From: Alphaproteobacteria bacterium
GTDB lineage: Bacteria > Pseudomonadota > Alphaproteobacteria > UBA828
Length of the DNA stretch: 64,000 bases
Assembly (NCBI GenBank): GCA_963667785.2
Contig: CAXXMU010000002.1
Location: 864,001 to 928,000, forward strand
Direction of reading: 5' to 3'
Shown here: positions 47,461 through 57,089 of the stretch, one piece after another
Layout of the letters: the number at the start of each line of letters is the position of its first letter
How positions within the stretch are numbered: the first letter of the stretch is position 1
Notes under the pieces: generated by a model
What the model saw: only the letters and a program-made list of their open reading frames with translations
Database searches by the model: none
Told to the model about the DNA's origin: nothing
Position numbers and translations under genes: made by a program

Positions 47461-49116
47461 GTGGCGACACGGACGAAGAACGAGCACGCCGACGTCGTCG
47501 TCGTCGGCTCCGGCCCCGGCGGCGTGATCCCGGCCCTGGTGCTGGCGCGGAAAGGGCTCCGCGTGGTCTGCCTCGAGCAGGGCTCGTGGTTCCCGCCGTC
47601 CGCGCGTCCCCATCACGGCCGCGACTGGGAGTGGCGGCGCGCCACCGACTGGGCGATCGCCGTCAACGTGCGCGCGCACCCGCACGACTATCCGGTGGAC
47701 ACCGAGGACGAGACGACGCTGATGTGGAACGGCGTCGGCGGCTCCACCGGCATCTACACCGCCACCTGGCCGCGCTACCGGCCGTCAGACTTCCGCAAGG
47801 GCACCGAGCACGGCCTCGCGCCGGACTGGCCGATCGCCTACGAGGACCTGGCGCCCTACTTCGAGATGGCGGACGAGGCCTGCGGCGTCTCCGGCTGGGC
47901 GGGCGATCCCGCCATGCCGCCGCGCGGCCCCTTCCAGACCCGCCCCGGCCCGCGCGGGGCCATGGGCGCGGTCGTCGCGCGCGGCTTCGATGCGCTCGGC
48001 TGGCACTGGTGGCCCATGCCGTGCGCCATCCTGGCGGAGGGCTACGACGGCCGCCTCGCCTGCAACAACTGCGGCGCCTGCCAGAGCGGGTGCCCGCGCG
48101 GCTCGCTCAACGACATGGCGGTGACCCACTGGCCGAGGGCGCTTGCCGCAGGCGTCGAGCTCAGGACCGACAGCCGGGTCGAGCGGATCGAGACCGATGC
48201 CGCGGGCCGCGCCACCGGGGTCGTCTACGTCGAGCGCAACACCGGCGTCCGCCACCACCAGACGGCTGACGTGGTGATCCTCGCCGCCAACGGAGTCGGC
48301 ACGCCGCGCCTGCTGCTGCTCTCGGAGAGCGCGGCGCACCCGAAGGGCCTCGCCAACCGCTCCGACCAAGTGGGCCGCAACCTGATGCACCACACCCTCG
48401 GCATGGTGGAGTGCTGGGTCGACGCGCCGACGGAAGCGCACAAGGGGCTGATCTCTGCCATCGCGATCTGCGAGGAGTTCGCGGAGAGCGACACGTCGCG
48501 CGGCTTCGTCAACGGCTTCACGCTGCACATCGTCCGCCAGAACGGCGCCGGCTATCAGGCGCTGGGCTCGCACTCCGGCAACGCCGCGCCTTGGGGGGCG
48601 GCGCACCATGCCTGGTTCGCCCGGCACTTCGGGCACGGCATCGGCATCCTGATCGTGGGCGACGACCTGCCGCGGCCCGGAAACCGCGTCACCCTTTCCG
48701 ACGACGTGGTCGATTCCTCGGGCCTGCCGGCGCCCCGCATCGCCTACGGCATGTGCGAGAACGACGGCAGGCTCGCGCGCTTCGGCATCGACCGCGCGGT
48801 GGAGCTGGCAGGCGCCATGGACGCCTGGGACATCAAGGTCAATCCCTTCCGCGATGCGAGCGGCGTCTACGCCCCGCCCGCCTGGCACCTGCTCGGCACC
48901 GCGCGCATGGGCGCCGACCCGGAGACCTCCGTCGTCACCAAGTGGCACCAGAGCTGGGACTGCCCCAACCTCTACATCACCGACGGGTCCGTCATGGCCA
49001 CCGGCGCCGCGATCAATCCGACCAGCACGATCTCGGCGCTGGCCTACCGCGCCGCCCACCGCCTCGCCGACAATTTCGCCGACGCCCGCCGGGCGCAGGG
49101 CCCGCTGCTGGAGTAG
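47461..49116 (+). CDS. GMC family oxidoreductase with Fe-S Cys motif
   Basis: VVVGSGPGG, GVGGST, CNNCGACQSGCP, VGRNLMHH, HLLGTARMG, NPTSTI. Confidence 0.92.
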   Translation: MATRTKNEHADVVVVGSGPGGVIPALVLARKGLRVVCLEQGSWFPPSARPHHGRDWEWRRATDWAIAVNVRAHPHDYPVDTEDETTLMWNGVGGSTGIYTATWPRYRPSDFRKGTEHGLAPDWPIAYEDLAPYFEMADEACGVSGWAGDPAMPPRGPFQTRPGPRGAMGAVVARGFDALGWHWWPMPCAILAEGYDGRLACNNCGACQSGCPRGSLNDMAVTHWPRALAAGVELRTDSRVERIETDAAGRATGVVYVERNTGVRHHQTADVVILAANGVGTPRLLLLSESAAHPKGLANRSDQVGRNLMHHTLGMVECWVDAPTEAHKGLISAIAICEEFAESDTSRGFVNGFTLHIVRQNGAGYQALGSHSGNAAPWGAAHHAWFARHFGHGIGILIVGDDLPRPGNRVTLSDDVVDSSGLPAPRIAYGMCENDGRLARFGIDRAVELAGAMDAWDIKVNPFRDASGVYAPPAWHLLGTARMGADPETSVVTKWHQSWDCPNLYITDGSVMATGAAINPTSTISALAYRAAHRLADNFADARRAQGPLLE

Positions 49117-49133
49117 GCCTCCGCCCGGCCCTC

Positions 49134-49928
49134 CTACTGCGCGGTCCAGCCGCCGTCGATCAGGAGGCTCGTGCCGGTGATCAGGCTGGCCGCGTCGCTC
49201 GCGAGGAAGACCACCGCCCCCATCACGTCGGGCAGCTCGCCGAGGCGGCCGAGGGCGATGCGGCTCATCGTGTCCTCCCGGAAGACCGGGTCGTCGAGGA
49301 AGGGCCGCGTCATCGGCGTCGATATGAAGGTGGGCGCGATGGCGTTGACCCGGATGCGGTGGGGCGCGAGGTCCATCGCCATCGCCTTGGTCATGCCCTC
49401 GACGGCGTGCTTGGTGGCGCAGTAGACCGTGCGCCTCGGCCCGCCGACATGGCCCATCTGCGAGGACATGTTGATGATGACGCCGCCCCGCCCCGCCGCC
49501 ACCATCTCGCGGGCGGCGGCCTGGGCGCAGAAGTAGGCGCCGCGCACGTTGATGTCCATGACGGCGTCGAAGTCGGCCACCGTCACGTCGAGGAGGGGCG
49601 CCGGGCGGTTGCCGCCGGCGTTGTTGACGAGAGTATCGACCGGCCCGAGCGCAGCCAGCGCCGCCGCCGTCCGCTCCACATCGGCGATGTCGAGCGGCAG
49701 CGTCTCCGCAGAGCCGCCCGCCGACGCGATCTCGTCCGCCACCCGCTCGAGCGCATCCCGGCCCCGCGCCGCGAGCACCACGTGGGCGCCGGCCTCGGCG
49801 AGCGCCGCGGCGCAGGCGCGGCCGAGGCCGCGGCTCGCGCCGGTGACCAGCGCCCGCCTGCCGTCGAGCCGGAACGACGGCGTTCGCGGCAGGGCGTCGT
49901 CGGCCGTACCGGCGCCGGAATCAGGCAA
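49134..49928 (-). CDS. SDR family oxidoreductase
   Basis: [31 protein letters not shown]. Confidence 0.92.
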   Translation of the reverse strand: MPDSGAGTADDALPRTPSFRLDGRRALVTGASRGLGRACAAALAEAGAHVVLAARGRDALERVADEIASAGGSAETLPLDIADVERTAAALAALGPVDTLVNNAGGNRPAPLLDVTVADFDAVMDINVRGAYFCAQAAAREMVAAGRGGVIINMSSQMGHVGGPRRTVYCATKHAVEGMTKAMAMDLAPHRIRVNAIAPTFISTPMTRPFLDDPVFREDTMSRIALGRLGELPDVMGAVVFLASDAASLITGTSLLIDGGWTAQ

Positions 49929-51210
49929 GGTTCCTGCCGCCGTAACGGCGCACGCGGATGTCCGCCTGCTCCTTGTGCCCGGCGAATCCCTCCAGCGCGC
50001 AGAGGCGGGAGCAGTACTCGCCCACCATGGCGGAGGCCTCGTCGGTCAGCACCCGCTGGTAGGTGCAGGTCTTGAGGAACATGCCGACCCAGAGGCCGCC
50101 GGTGTAGCGCGCGGCCCGGCGCGTCGGCAGGGTGTGGTTGGTGCCGATCACCTTGTCGCCGTAGGAGACGTTGGTGCGGGGCCCGAGAAAGAGCGCGCCG
50201 TAGTTGGTCATGCGCGCGAGGAACCAGTCCGGGTCCCCGGTCATCACCTGCACGTGCTCGGCGGCGATCTCGTCCGCCACCGCCACCATCTCGTCGAGCG
50301 ACTCGCAGACGATCACCTGGCCGTAGTCGCGCCAGGCCTGGCCCGCGATCCCGGCCGTCGGCAGGACGGTGAGCTGGCGCTCGACCTCGGCCATGGTCTC
50401 GCGCGCGAGCCTCTCGGAGTTCGTCAGCAGCGTCGCCGGCGAGGTGGGGCCGTGCTCGGCCTGGCCGAGAAGGTCGGCGGCGCAGAGCTCGCCGTCCACG
50501 CTCTCGTCGGCGATCACCAGGGTCTCGGTGGGGCCCGCCAGCAGGTCGATGCCGACGCGGCCGAAGAGCTGGCGCTTGGCCTCAGCCACGAAGGCGTTGC
50601 CGGGGCCCACCAGCATGTCGACCGGCGCGATGCTGCCGGTCCCCAGCGCCATCGCGCCCACCGCCTGGATGCCGCCGATGACGTAGATCTCGTCGGCGCC
50701 CGCGAGGTGCTGGGCGGCGACGATGGCCGGCGCGGGCCCGCCCTCGAAGGGCGGCGCGCAGGTGGCGATGCGCTCGACGCCCGCCACCTTCGCCGTCACC
50801 ACCGACATGTGGGCGGACGCCAGCAGCGGATACTTGCCGCCGGGCACGTAGCAGCCGACAGCGTTCACGGGGATGTTCCTGTGGCCGAGCACCACGCCGG
50901 GCAGGGTCTCGACCTCGACGTCCTGCAGCGCGTCCCTCTGGACCTGCGCGAAGTTCCGGATCTGCTCCTGCGCGAACAGGATGTCGTCCCTGTCCTGCCC
51001 CGTGAGCCGGGCGAGGCAGGCCTCGATCTCGCCCGCGCTCAGCCGGAAGTCCTCGCGCTCCCAGTTGTCGAACTTGAGCGACATCTCGCGCACCGCCGCA
51101 TCGCCCCGGCTCGCGATGTCGTTCAACGCGTCCTCCACGACGCGGCGGACCTTCTCGTCCGCCGCCGCCGCCTCGGCATCGCTGATGCCGGTCTTCAGGT
51201 ATCGAGGCAT
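49921..51210 (-). CDS. Histidinol dehydrogenase-family paralogue, HpsN (sulfopropanediol 3-dehydrogenase)-like
   Basis: [41 protein letters not shown] (GDK rather than the HisD GDY); no his genes nearby. Confidence 0.8.
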   Translation of the reverse strand: MPRYLKTGISDAEAAAADEKVRRVVEDALNDIASRGDAAVREMSLKFDNWEREDFRLSAGEIEACLARLTGQDRDDILFAQEQIRNFAQVQRDALQDVEVETLPGVVLGHRNIPVNAVGCYVPGGKYPLLASAHMSVVTAKVAGVERIATCAPPFEGGPAPAIVAAQHLAGADEIYVIGGIQAVGAMALGTGSIAPVDMLVGPGNAFVAEAKRQLFGRVGIDLLAGPTETLVIADESVDGELCAADLLGQAEHGPTSPATLLTNSERLARETMAEVERQLTVLPTAGIAGQAWRDYGQVIVCESLDEMVAVADEIAAEHVQVMTGDPDWFLARMTNYGALFLGPRTNVSYGDKVIGTNHTLPTRRAARYTGGLWVGMFLKTCTYQRVLTDEASAMVGEYCSRLCALEGFAGHKEQADIRVRRYGGRNLA

Positions 51211-51244
51211 CGGGATTTCCGCTCCCTGTTGCGCCGCGGGGCCT

Positions 51245-51529
51245 TCAGGTCTCGACCGTGACCCCGCGCCAGAAGGCGACATGGTCGCGGATGTTCGCGG
51301 CGGCCGGTTTGGGGTCGGGGTAGTACCAGGCGGCGTCGGCGTTGCGCTCGCCCGCGATCTCGATGGTCCAGTAGTGCGCCGTGCCCTTCCAGCCGCAGAC
51401 GGTCGTCGTCTCGCTGGGGCTGAGGAACGCCTGCCTCACCGAGCCCGGCGGGAAGTAGAGGTTGCCCTCGACGGTCTCGCAGTCGTCGCTCTCGGCGATG
51501 ATCTGCCCTCGCCAGATCGCGCGCGCCAT
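51245..51529 (-). CDS. DUF427 domain protein
   Basis: [30 protein letters not shown]. Confidence 0.9.
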   Translation of the reverse strand: MARAIWRGQIIAESDDCETVEGNLYFPPGSVRQAFLSPSETTTVCGWKGTAHYWTIEIAGERNADAAWYYPDPKPAAANIRDHVAFWRGVTVET

Positions 51530-51542
51530 GGTGCGCCCGCGA

Positions 51543-51860
51543 TCAGGCCGCGGTGGAGATCGCGCCCATGTCGTTGTCGACGATCACCGGCGATTCGAAG
51601 TACTCGATCTCGGGCTCGACGCCCAGGCGCTCGCGTATACCGGCCCGCCAGGCCGCGTCATAGAGGCGCTCGGCATCCTCTCGCGACTCGAAGAGATAGA
51701 CGCCGCCGCCGGTCCGGCCGTCCTCGGACAGGAGATAGTATTTCCGGATCAGGCCCTGGACGCCCTGGTAGAGCGGCGCGGACGCCTCGAACGCGGCCCT
51801 GGCCGCCTCGCGCGTCTTGTCCTCGGGCAGCGCGAAACGGACGATTGCGGTTACCGCCAT
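51543..51860 (-). CDS. YdhR-like dimeric alpha/beta barrel protein
   Basis: GLIRKYY..GGGVYLFESREDAE..F..PVIVDN. Confidence 0.75.
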   Translation of the reverse strand: MAVTAIVRFALPEDKTREAARAAFEASAPLYQGVQGLIRKYYLLSEDGRTGGGVYLFESREDAERLYDAAWRAGIRERLGVEPEIEYFESPVIVDNDMGAISTAA

Positions 51861-51957
51861 GGTTCAGCCTCCTCGGTTCGCCATTCCGTCCCCAGAATAC
51901 CGCCCGCACCCCACGGGGTCATCAGACGCGGTGGGCGACCGCCCCCGCCCCATGCCG

Positions 51958-52251
51958 TCATTCGACGCCCTCGGTCACCCGGAAGTCGCGCTCGACCGCG
52001 CCTTCGAGCTTCGCGGCCGCGGCCTGGTAGGCGGAACCCTTGTAGGTGGCGAGCGCCTGTTCGAAGCTCGGGAACTCGACGACGACGGTGCGCTCGACAA
52101 TGCCGGCACCGAAGGCCTGGACCCGGCCGCCGCGCGCCAGGAACGTGCCGCCACCGGCCAGGATCGCGGGCCTTGCGAGCTTGGCGTACTCCGCGAGCGC
52201 GTCGGGATCCTTGATCTCCCGATAACAGCTTACCCAGTAACCCTTCGCCAT
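51958..52251 (-). CDS. DUF1330 domain protein
   Basis: MAKGYWV..Y..GGTFLARGG..RTVVVEFPS..YQAA..VEG-like end. Confidence 0.88.
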   Translation of the reverse strand: MAKGYWVSCYREIKDPDALAEYAKLARPAILAGGGTFLARGGRVQAFGAGIVERTVVVEFPSFEQALATYKGSAYQAAAAKLEGAVERDFRVTEGVE

Positions 52252-52382
52252 TCCGTCCTCCTTCTGGTCGTGCGACCGACGCCCTCCGGGTCGTCGGCGC
52301 ATCGACAGCCTAATGTCCCGTTTCCAAAGTTCATACGGCCTAGCTAGTAGGTGATCTCACCGATCCCGCCCCTCCCACAAGT

Positions 52383-52477
52383 CGTCATGCCCGGGCTTGT
52401 TCCGGGCATCTTTCTCGGCAAGGCCCACCCGTCGCCGGGCAAGGGCGTGGATGCCCGGAACAAGCCCGGGCATGACG
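52383..52477. repeat. Alphaproteobacterial GTCATGCCCGGGCTTG-type palindromic element
   Basis: Perfect 28-bp inverted repeat (52383-52410 / 52450-52477) around a 39-nt spacer; each arm is itself a hairpin. Confidence 0.92.
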
Positions 52478-52561
52478 GCAGGGGGGGAGAGCACGGACGA
52501 CTCCATGCGCGCGACCGGCCGTACTAAGATGCACGCACGCCTCGGCCGGGCGGAGGGGAGC

Positions 52562-53845
52562 ATGACCGGCTACACGAGCGAGCAGTTGCAGGCGATGGTG
52601 CAGCCCGACCGGGTGCACCGCGCCATCTACACCGACCCGGCGATCTTCGAGATCGAGATGGAGAAGATCTTCCGCCGGGTGTGGCTCTATGTCGGCCACG
52701 AGAGCCTGGTGCCGAACCCGGGCGACTACTACTGCACCCACCTCGCCCGCCAGCCGGTGGTGCTGAGCCGGCACGCGGACGAGGGCATCTGCGTGCTGTT
52801 CAACCGCTGCGGCCACAGGGGCGCCAAGGTGCTCAACGCCGAGCGCGGCAACGCCAAGGTCTTCACCTGCATGTATCACGGCTGGAGCTTCCGGCCGAAC
52901 GGCGCGCTCGCCGGCGTGCCCATGCGGAAGGACTTTCCCGAAGAGGCGCTCGGGGACCCGCAGTCCGGCATGACGCGGCTGCCCAGGGTGGAGAGCTATC
53001 GCGGCTTCGTCTTCGCCTCCTTCAACCCGGACGCCGAGCCCCTGCTGGACTATCTGGCCGAGGCCCGGCGCGGCATCGACGAGCTGGTGGACCGCTCGCC
53101 GGACGGCCAGGTGGCGCTCTCGGCCGGCTGCCACCGCTACCACTATCGCGGCAACTGGAAGCTCCAGCTCGAGAACCTGGCGGACATGTACCACCCTGCC
53201 GCCTGCCATGCGTCGACCGTCGGCCCCGACGGCCGGCAGTTCAAGCGCCGCGCCGGCACGCAAGGCGGGGACGCCGCGTTCTTCGCGCCCAACGGCGAGG
53301 CCATCGTCGCCCAGACCGGCGTGCGCGGCCTCAACAACCGACACAGCTCCGAGGCCTCGCTCTTCGACCGCGAGCAGTCGGGCGGGCACTGGGACGACTA
53401 TCGCGCCATCATGGTGCAGCGCTACGGCGAGGAGCGCACCGCCGACATCCTCAAGAACCGCCGCCACAGCATGACCTTCTTCCCCAGCTCCGACATCCTG
53501 CTGGCGCAGACCTCGGTGCGCGTGATCCGGCCGGTGGCGGTGGACTTCACCGAGGTCGAGGTCTGGCCGGTCCGCCTCGAGGGCGCGCCGGAGAGCATCT
53601 CGGACGACCTCGTGCGCTTCGTGAACATCACCCATGCCGCCGCCTCGTTCATCCAGTCCGACGACATGGAGGCCTTCGAGCGCTGCCAGGAGGGGCTCAC
53701 GACGCAGGGCTCGGACTGGGTGCTGGTGGCGCGCGGCCTCGGCGCCGAGATCGACGAGGGCTCGGGCGTGCTCTTCGGCCCGCGCTCCAGCGAAGTCGGC
53801 CAGCGCGCCCAGCACGAGGCCTGGCGCGACCTGATGGGCGCATGA
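52562..53845 (+). CDS. Aromatic ring-hydroxylating dioxygenase alpha subunit
   Basis: NRCGHRG..CMYHGW, NWKLQLENLADMYH....H, DDMEAFERCQEGL. Confidence 0.92.
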   Translation: MTGYTSEQLQAMVQPDRVHRAIYTDPAIFEIEMEKIFRRVWLYVGHESLVPNPGDYYCTHLARQPVVLSRHADEGICVLFNRCGHRGAKVLNAERGNAKVFTCMYHGWSFRPNGALAGVPMRKDFPEEALGDPQSGMTRLPRVESYRGFVFASFNPDAEPLLDYLAEARRGIDELVDRSPDGQVALSAGCHRYHYRGNWKLQLENLADMYHPAACHASTVGPDGRQFKRRAGTQGGDAAFFAPNGEAIVAQTGVRGLNNRHSSEASLFDREQSGGHWDDYRAIMVQRYGEERTADILKNRRHSMTFFPSSDILLAQTSVRVIRPVAVDFTEVEVWPVRLEGAPESISDDLVRFVNITHAAASFIQSDDMEAFERCQEGLTTQGSDWVLVARGLGAEIDEGSGVLFGPRSSEVGQRAQHEAWRDLMGA

Positions 53846-54363
53846 GCAGCGTCACCGCACAAGCCCGCGCCGCCGCCGGCTCCAACGTCGTCGGCCTCGA
53901 CGAGCTGCGCCGCTTCATCGAGCACGAGGCCGACCTGCTGGACGAGCGGCGCTTCGACGAGTGGTGCGACCTCTACACCGAGGACGCCGCCTACTGGGTG
54001 CCCGCGGCGCCCGAGCAGGAAAGCTGGCTCGACCACGTCTCGCTCTTCTACGACGACAAGGCGACGATGCGGACCCGCGTCCAGCGCCTCAACCACCCGA
54101 GGATCCACTGCCAGAGCCCGCCCAGCCGCTGCGTCCGCGTCATCTCAGGCGCCGTGCTCGACGGGGTGTCGACGGACGGCGCCTGGCTGGTCCGCTCCAA
54201 GTTCGTGATGGTGGAGGACCGCCCCGGCAGCCCGCAGCGGGTCTTCGGCGGCCGCTACGCCCACACCATCGTGCACGACGGCGAGCGGCTCCGCATCCGG
54301 CTCAAGCGGGTCGATCTCACCAACTGCGACCAGAGCTTCCCCATGCTCACCCAGCCGTTCTGA
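53842..54363 (+). CDS. Aromatic ring-hydroxylating dioxygenase beta subunit
   Basis: EADLLDERRFDEW..LYTEDA.YWVP, R..RL, KRVDL.NCD; ATGA overlap. Confidence 0.92.
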   Translation: MSSVTAQARAAAGSNVVGLDELRRFIEHEADLLDERRFDEWCDLYTEDAAYWVPAAPEQESWLDHVSLFYDDKATMRTRVQRLNHPRIHCQSPPSRCVRVISGAVLDGVSTDGAWLVRSKFVMVEDRPGSPQRVFGGRYAHTIVHDGERLRIRLKRVDLTNCDQSFPMLTQPF

Positions 54364-54432
54364 GCGGCGCCCGGCCCGCGCCCCTCCGCCCGCCACCCTG
54401 CCCTGCAATTCGATTGACGACGCAACCGAGGC

Positions 54433-55434
54433 ATGTCCATGAGTTTGGCTCCAGACGCGCAGACCGACGCAACCCGACGCGGCGCGCTCACCTACATGGC
54501 GACGTCCGCCGAGGCCTCGCTCTATCGCAACGGCAAGGTGCTCACGCGTCGGGACAGCCAGGGCAACGACGGCGGCAGGGCCGGCCTCGATCTGGAAGAG
54601 CGGCAGATGCCGGTTCACGACGCGCGGCGTCTGGCGAGGCCCGAGCGGCGCACGCTTCACGCCAACGGCTTCGAGCTGCTCGAGCGCCCCCTGCCCGCCC
54701 CCGACATCGATTTTCTCAACCACGACCGGGTCGTGCGCGACTACTACCCGCACTGCGCCGACATCGTCCGGGAGGCGAGCGGCGCCAGCCACGTCGCGGC
54801 GTTCGACCACAACGTGCGCTCGGCGTCGGGCAAGGAGAGCGGGCGCCGCATCGAGGGCGGCCAGCACGTGCAGCCTCCCGCCCACCTGGTGCACGGCGAC
54901 TACACGCTGACCAGCGGACCGCAGCGGTTGCGCGATCTGGCGAAGCCGCCCTCCACCAACGACACCTACCGCACGCTGCTGGCGGACGGCGCGACGCTCC
55001 TCGACGAGACGCGCGTGGCGCGCGCGCTCGATGGGGGCCGCTTCGCGATCATCAATCTCTGGCGCAGCATCGCGCCGGAGCCGGTCGCCACCCACCCGCT
55101 CGCGCTCTGCGACGCGACCAGCGTGCGCCCCGACGACCTGGTGGTCTTCGAGATCCACTACACCGACCGGATCGGCGAGAACTACTTCGCGAAGCACGCC
55201 GACCACCATCGCTGGTACTTCTATCCGGCCATGACAGGCGACGAGGCGCTGCTCATCAAGCAGTGGGATTCGGCGGGCGGGCTGGCGCGCTCCGAGGGCG
55301 CGAAGGCGGATGCGATGTGCCCGGACTCGCCCTGCACCTTCAGCTTCCACAGCGCCTTCGAGGATCCGACCACGGCACCGGACGCGCCGGATCGCTGGAG
55401 CATCGAGGTCCGCTGCGTCGCGCTCTACGACTGA
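54433..55434 (+). CDS. CmcJ/NvfI-family Fe/2OG-like oxidoreductase
   Basis: GFELL, YYP, FDHNVR, VHGDY, INLWR, PLALCD, HRWYFYP.M, HSAFEDP, R.SIEVR. Confidence 0.85.
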   Translation: MSMSLAPDAQTDATRRGALTYMATSAEASLYRNGKVLTRRDSQGNDGGRAGLDLEERQMPVHDARRLARPERRTLHANGFELLERPLPAPDIDFLNHDRVVRDYYPHCADIVREASGASHVAAFDHNVRSASGKESGRRIEGGQHVQPPAHLVHGDYTLTSGPQRLRDLAKPPSTNDTYRTLLADGATLLDETRVARALDGGRFAIINLWRSIAPEPVATHPLALCDATSVRPDDLVVFEIHYTDRIGENYFAKHADHHRWYFYPAMTGDEALLIKQWDSAGGLARSEGAKADAMCPDSPCTFSFHSAFEDPTTAPDAPDRWSIEVRCVALYD

Positions 55435-55534
55435 GTCCCCGTTCCGTCGATTCGTTTCGCCCGGGCTGCTCCGCCTGCGGTCGCGCCGGGACAAGCGGCT
55501 GTTTCCGGGCGATGCCCAGGCGGTAGGGTGAGGT

Positions 55535-56479
55535 ATGGGAAAGGAGTCGCCGCAGGCAGCGCCAAAGCCGGGCGGGCCCGCACGCACGGGCCAGGCGCAC
55601 GCGCATGTGCTCGCCTTCCTCATCATCGTCATCATCTCCACGTCGTTTCCCCTGGGCGAGCACATCACCCACGGGCTCGACCCGGCGGTGATGATGTGCA
55701 TCCGCTTCGTCCTGGCTGCGCTCCTCATGGCGCCCATCGTGGCCTGGCGCGAAGGGCTGGCGCTGCCGACGGCCCGCTCGTGCCTGCGCTATCTCGCGCT
55801 CGGCGCGCCGCTCGCCTTCTTCTTCTGGTGCATGTTCGAGGCGCTGCGCTACACCAGCGGCCTCAACGAGAGCGCGATCTTCACCATCGTGCCGGGCCTC
55901 TCCGCCCTCTTCGGCGCGGTGCTGGTGGGCGAGCGCCTCGGCCTCCATCGTCTGGCCGCCCTCGGCCTCGGCATGATCGGCGCGCTCTGGGTGATCTTCC
56001 GCGGCGATCCTGCGCGCCTCTTCGATCTCGACGTCAACATCGGCGACGGGATCTTCCTCGCCGGCTGCTTCGGCTACGCCATCTACAGCTCGCTCATCAA
56101 GCTCCTGCACCGGGGCGAGCCGATCGTGGTGCAGTCGTTCTGGACGATGGCGGCGGCCGGGCTCTGGTTGCTGGCGGCGAGCAACGTCAAGCTCTGGCGC
56201 ACCGACTGGGCCGAGGTCGAGGCGGTGGTGCTCGGCGGCATCGTCTACCTCGCGGTGCTGCCGACCCTCGTCACCTTCTTCCTTACCCAGTACACGACGC
56301 TGCGCCTCGGCCCGACGCGGGTGCAGGCCTACGGCTACGCGCTGCCGGCGATCGTGCTCCTGCTCGACCTCGCGATCGGCAAGCCCGCGCCGCCGCTGAT
56401 GACGGTGCCGGGCCTCGCCATCGTGCTGCTGGCGAGCTTCGTGGTGCAGCGCGGCGCGATCCGCGAGTTCCGCCCCTGA
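55535..56479 (+). CDS. DMT/EamA family transporter
   Basis: About ten TM segments, IRF..A, VGERL, LGPTR. Confidence 0.88.
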   Translation: MGKESPQAAPKPGGPARTGQAHAHVLAFLIIVIISTSFPLGEHITHGLDPAVMMCIRFVLAALLMAPIVAWREGLALPTARSCLRYLALGAPLAFFFWCMFEALRYTSGLNESAIFTIVPGLSALFGAVLVGERLGLHRLAALGLGMIGALWVIFRGDPARLFDLDVNIGDGIFLAGCFGYAIYSSLIKLLHRGEPIVVQSFWTMAAAGLWLLAASNVKLWRTDWAEVEAVVLGGIVYLAVLPTLVTFFLTQYTTLRLGPTRVQAYGYALPAIVLLLDLAIGKPAPPLMTVPGLAIVLLASFVVQRGAIREFRP

Positions 56480-56504
56480 GGCCGCAGCCAAGCGAGACGG
56501 TGCC

Positions 56505-57089
56505 GTGCCCGACGTCGAAGCCTCGTTCCACATCGACCAGCCCGCCGGCCGCGTCTGGGACTTCTTCCAGGACGTGCCCGAGGTCGTGACCTGCATGCCG
56601 GGCACGGAGCTCCTCTCCCAGACCGGCGAGGCGAGCTATGCGGGCAGGGTCACCGTCAAGCTCGGGCCGGTGACGGCCGCCTTCGAGGGCGAGGCCACCA
56701 TCGTCGAGACGGACCGCTCCGCCCGTACCGCCACGATCGAGGCGACGGGCGTGGACCGCCGGGGCAACAACCGCGCGACGGCGCACATGGCCTACGAGAT
56801 CCAGGAGCATGACGGCGGCGCCCGCGTCAGGCTTCACGGCACCGTCAAGCTGAGCGGCGCGCTCGCGCAGATGGGCCGCGGCGGCATCGTGCAGGACGTG
56901 GCCAGCCACCTCACCGCGCAGTTCTCCGAGCGCCTGCACCAAAAACTCGCCCGGCGCGGGCAGGACGGCGATCTCGACAGGGACGCTCAGGCGCCGCCCG
57001 GTGCGATCGCGGGCACCCGCGTGGCGCGCATCGTCGCCCTGGCCTGGATAAGACGGGTGCTGGCATCGCTGTTCGGGCGGAGGGGCTAA
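56505..57089 (+). CDS. CoxG/SRPBCC family protein
   Basis: VW..D...V.CMPG, VKLGPV..F.G, LSGALAQMGRG. Confidence 0.88.
   Translation: MPDVEASFHIDQPAGRVWDFFQDVPEVVTCMPGTELLSQTGEASYAGRVTVKLGPVTAAFEGEATIVETDRSARTATIEATGVDRRGNNRATAHMAYEIQEHDGGARVRLHGTVKLSGALAQMGRGGIVQDVASHLTAQFSERLHQKLARRGQDGDLDRDAQAPPGAIAGTRVARIVALAWIRRVLASLFGRRG

Noticed and set aside
49921-51210. Housekeeping hisD call
   Set aside because: GDK signature, SDR partner and absence of his genes favour a non-histidine paralogue.
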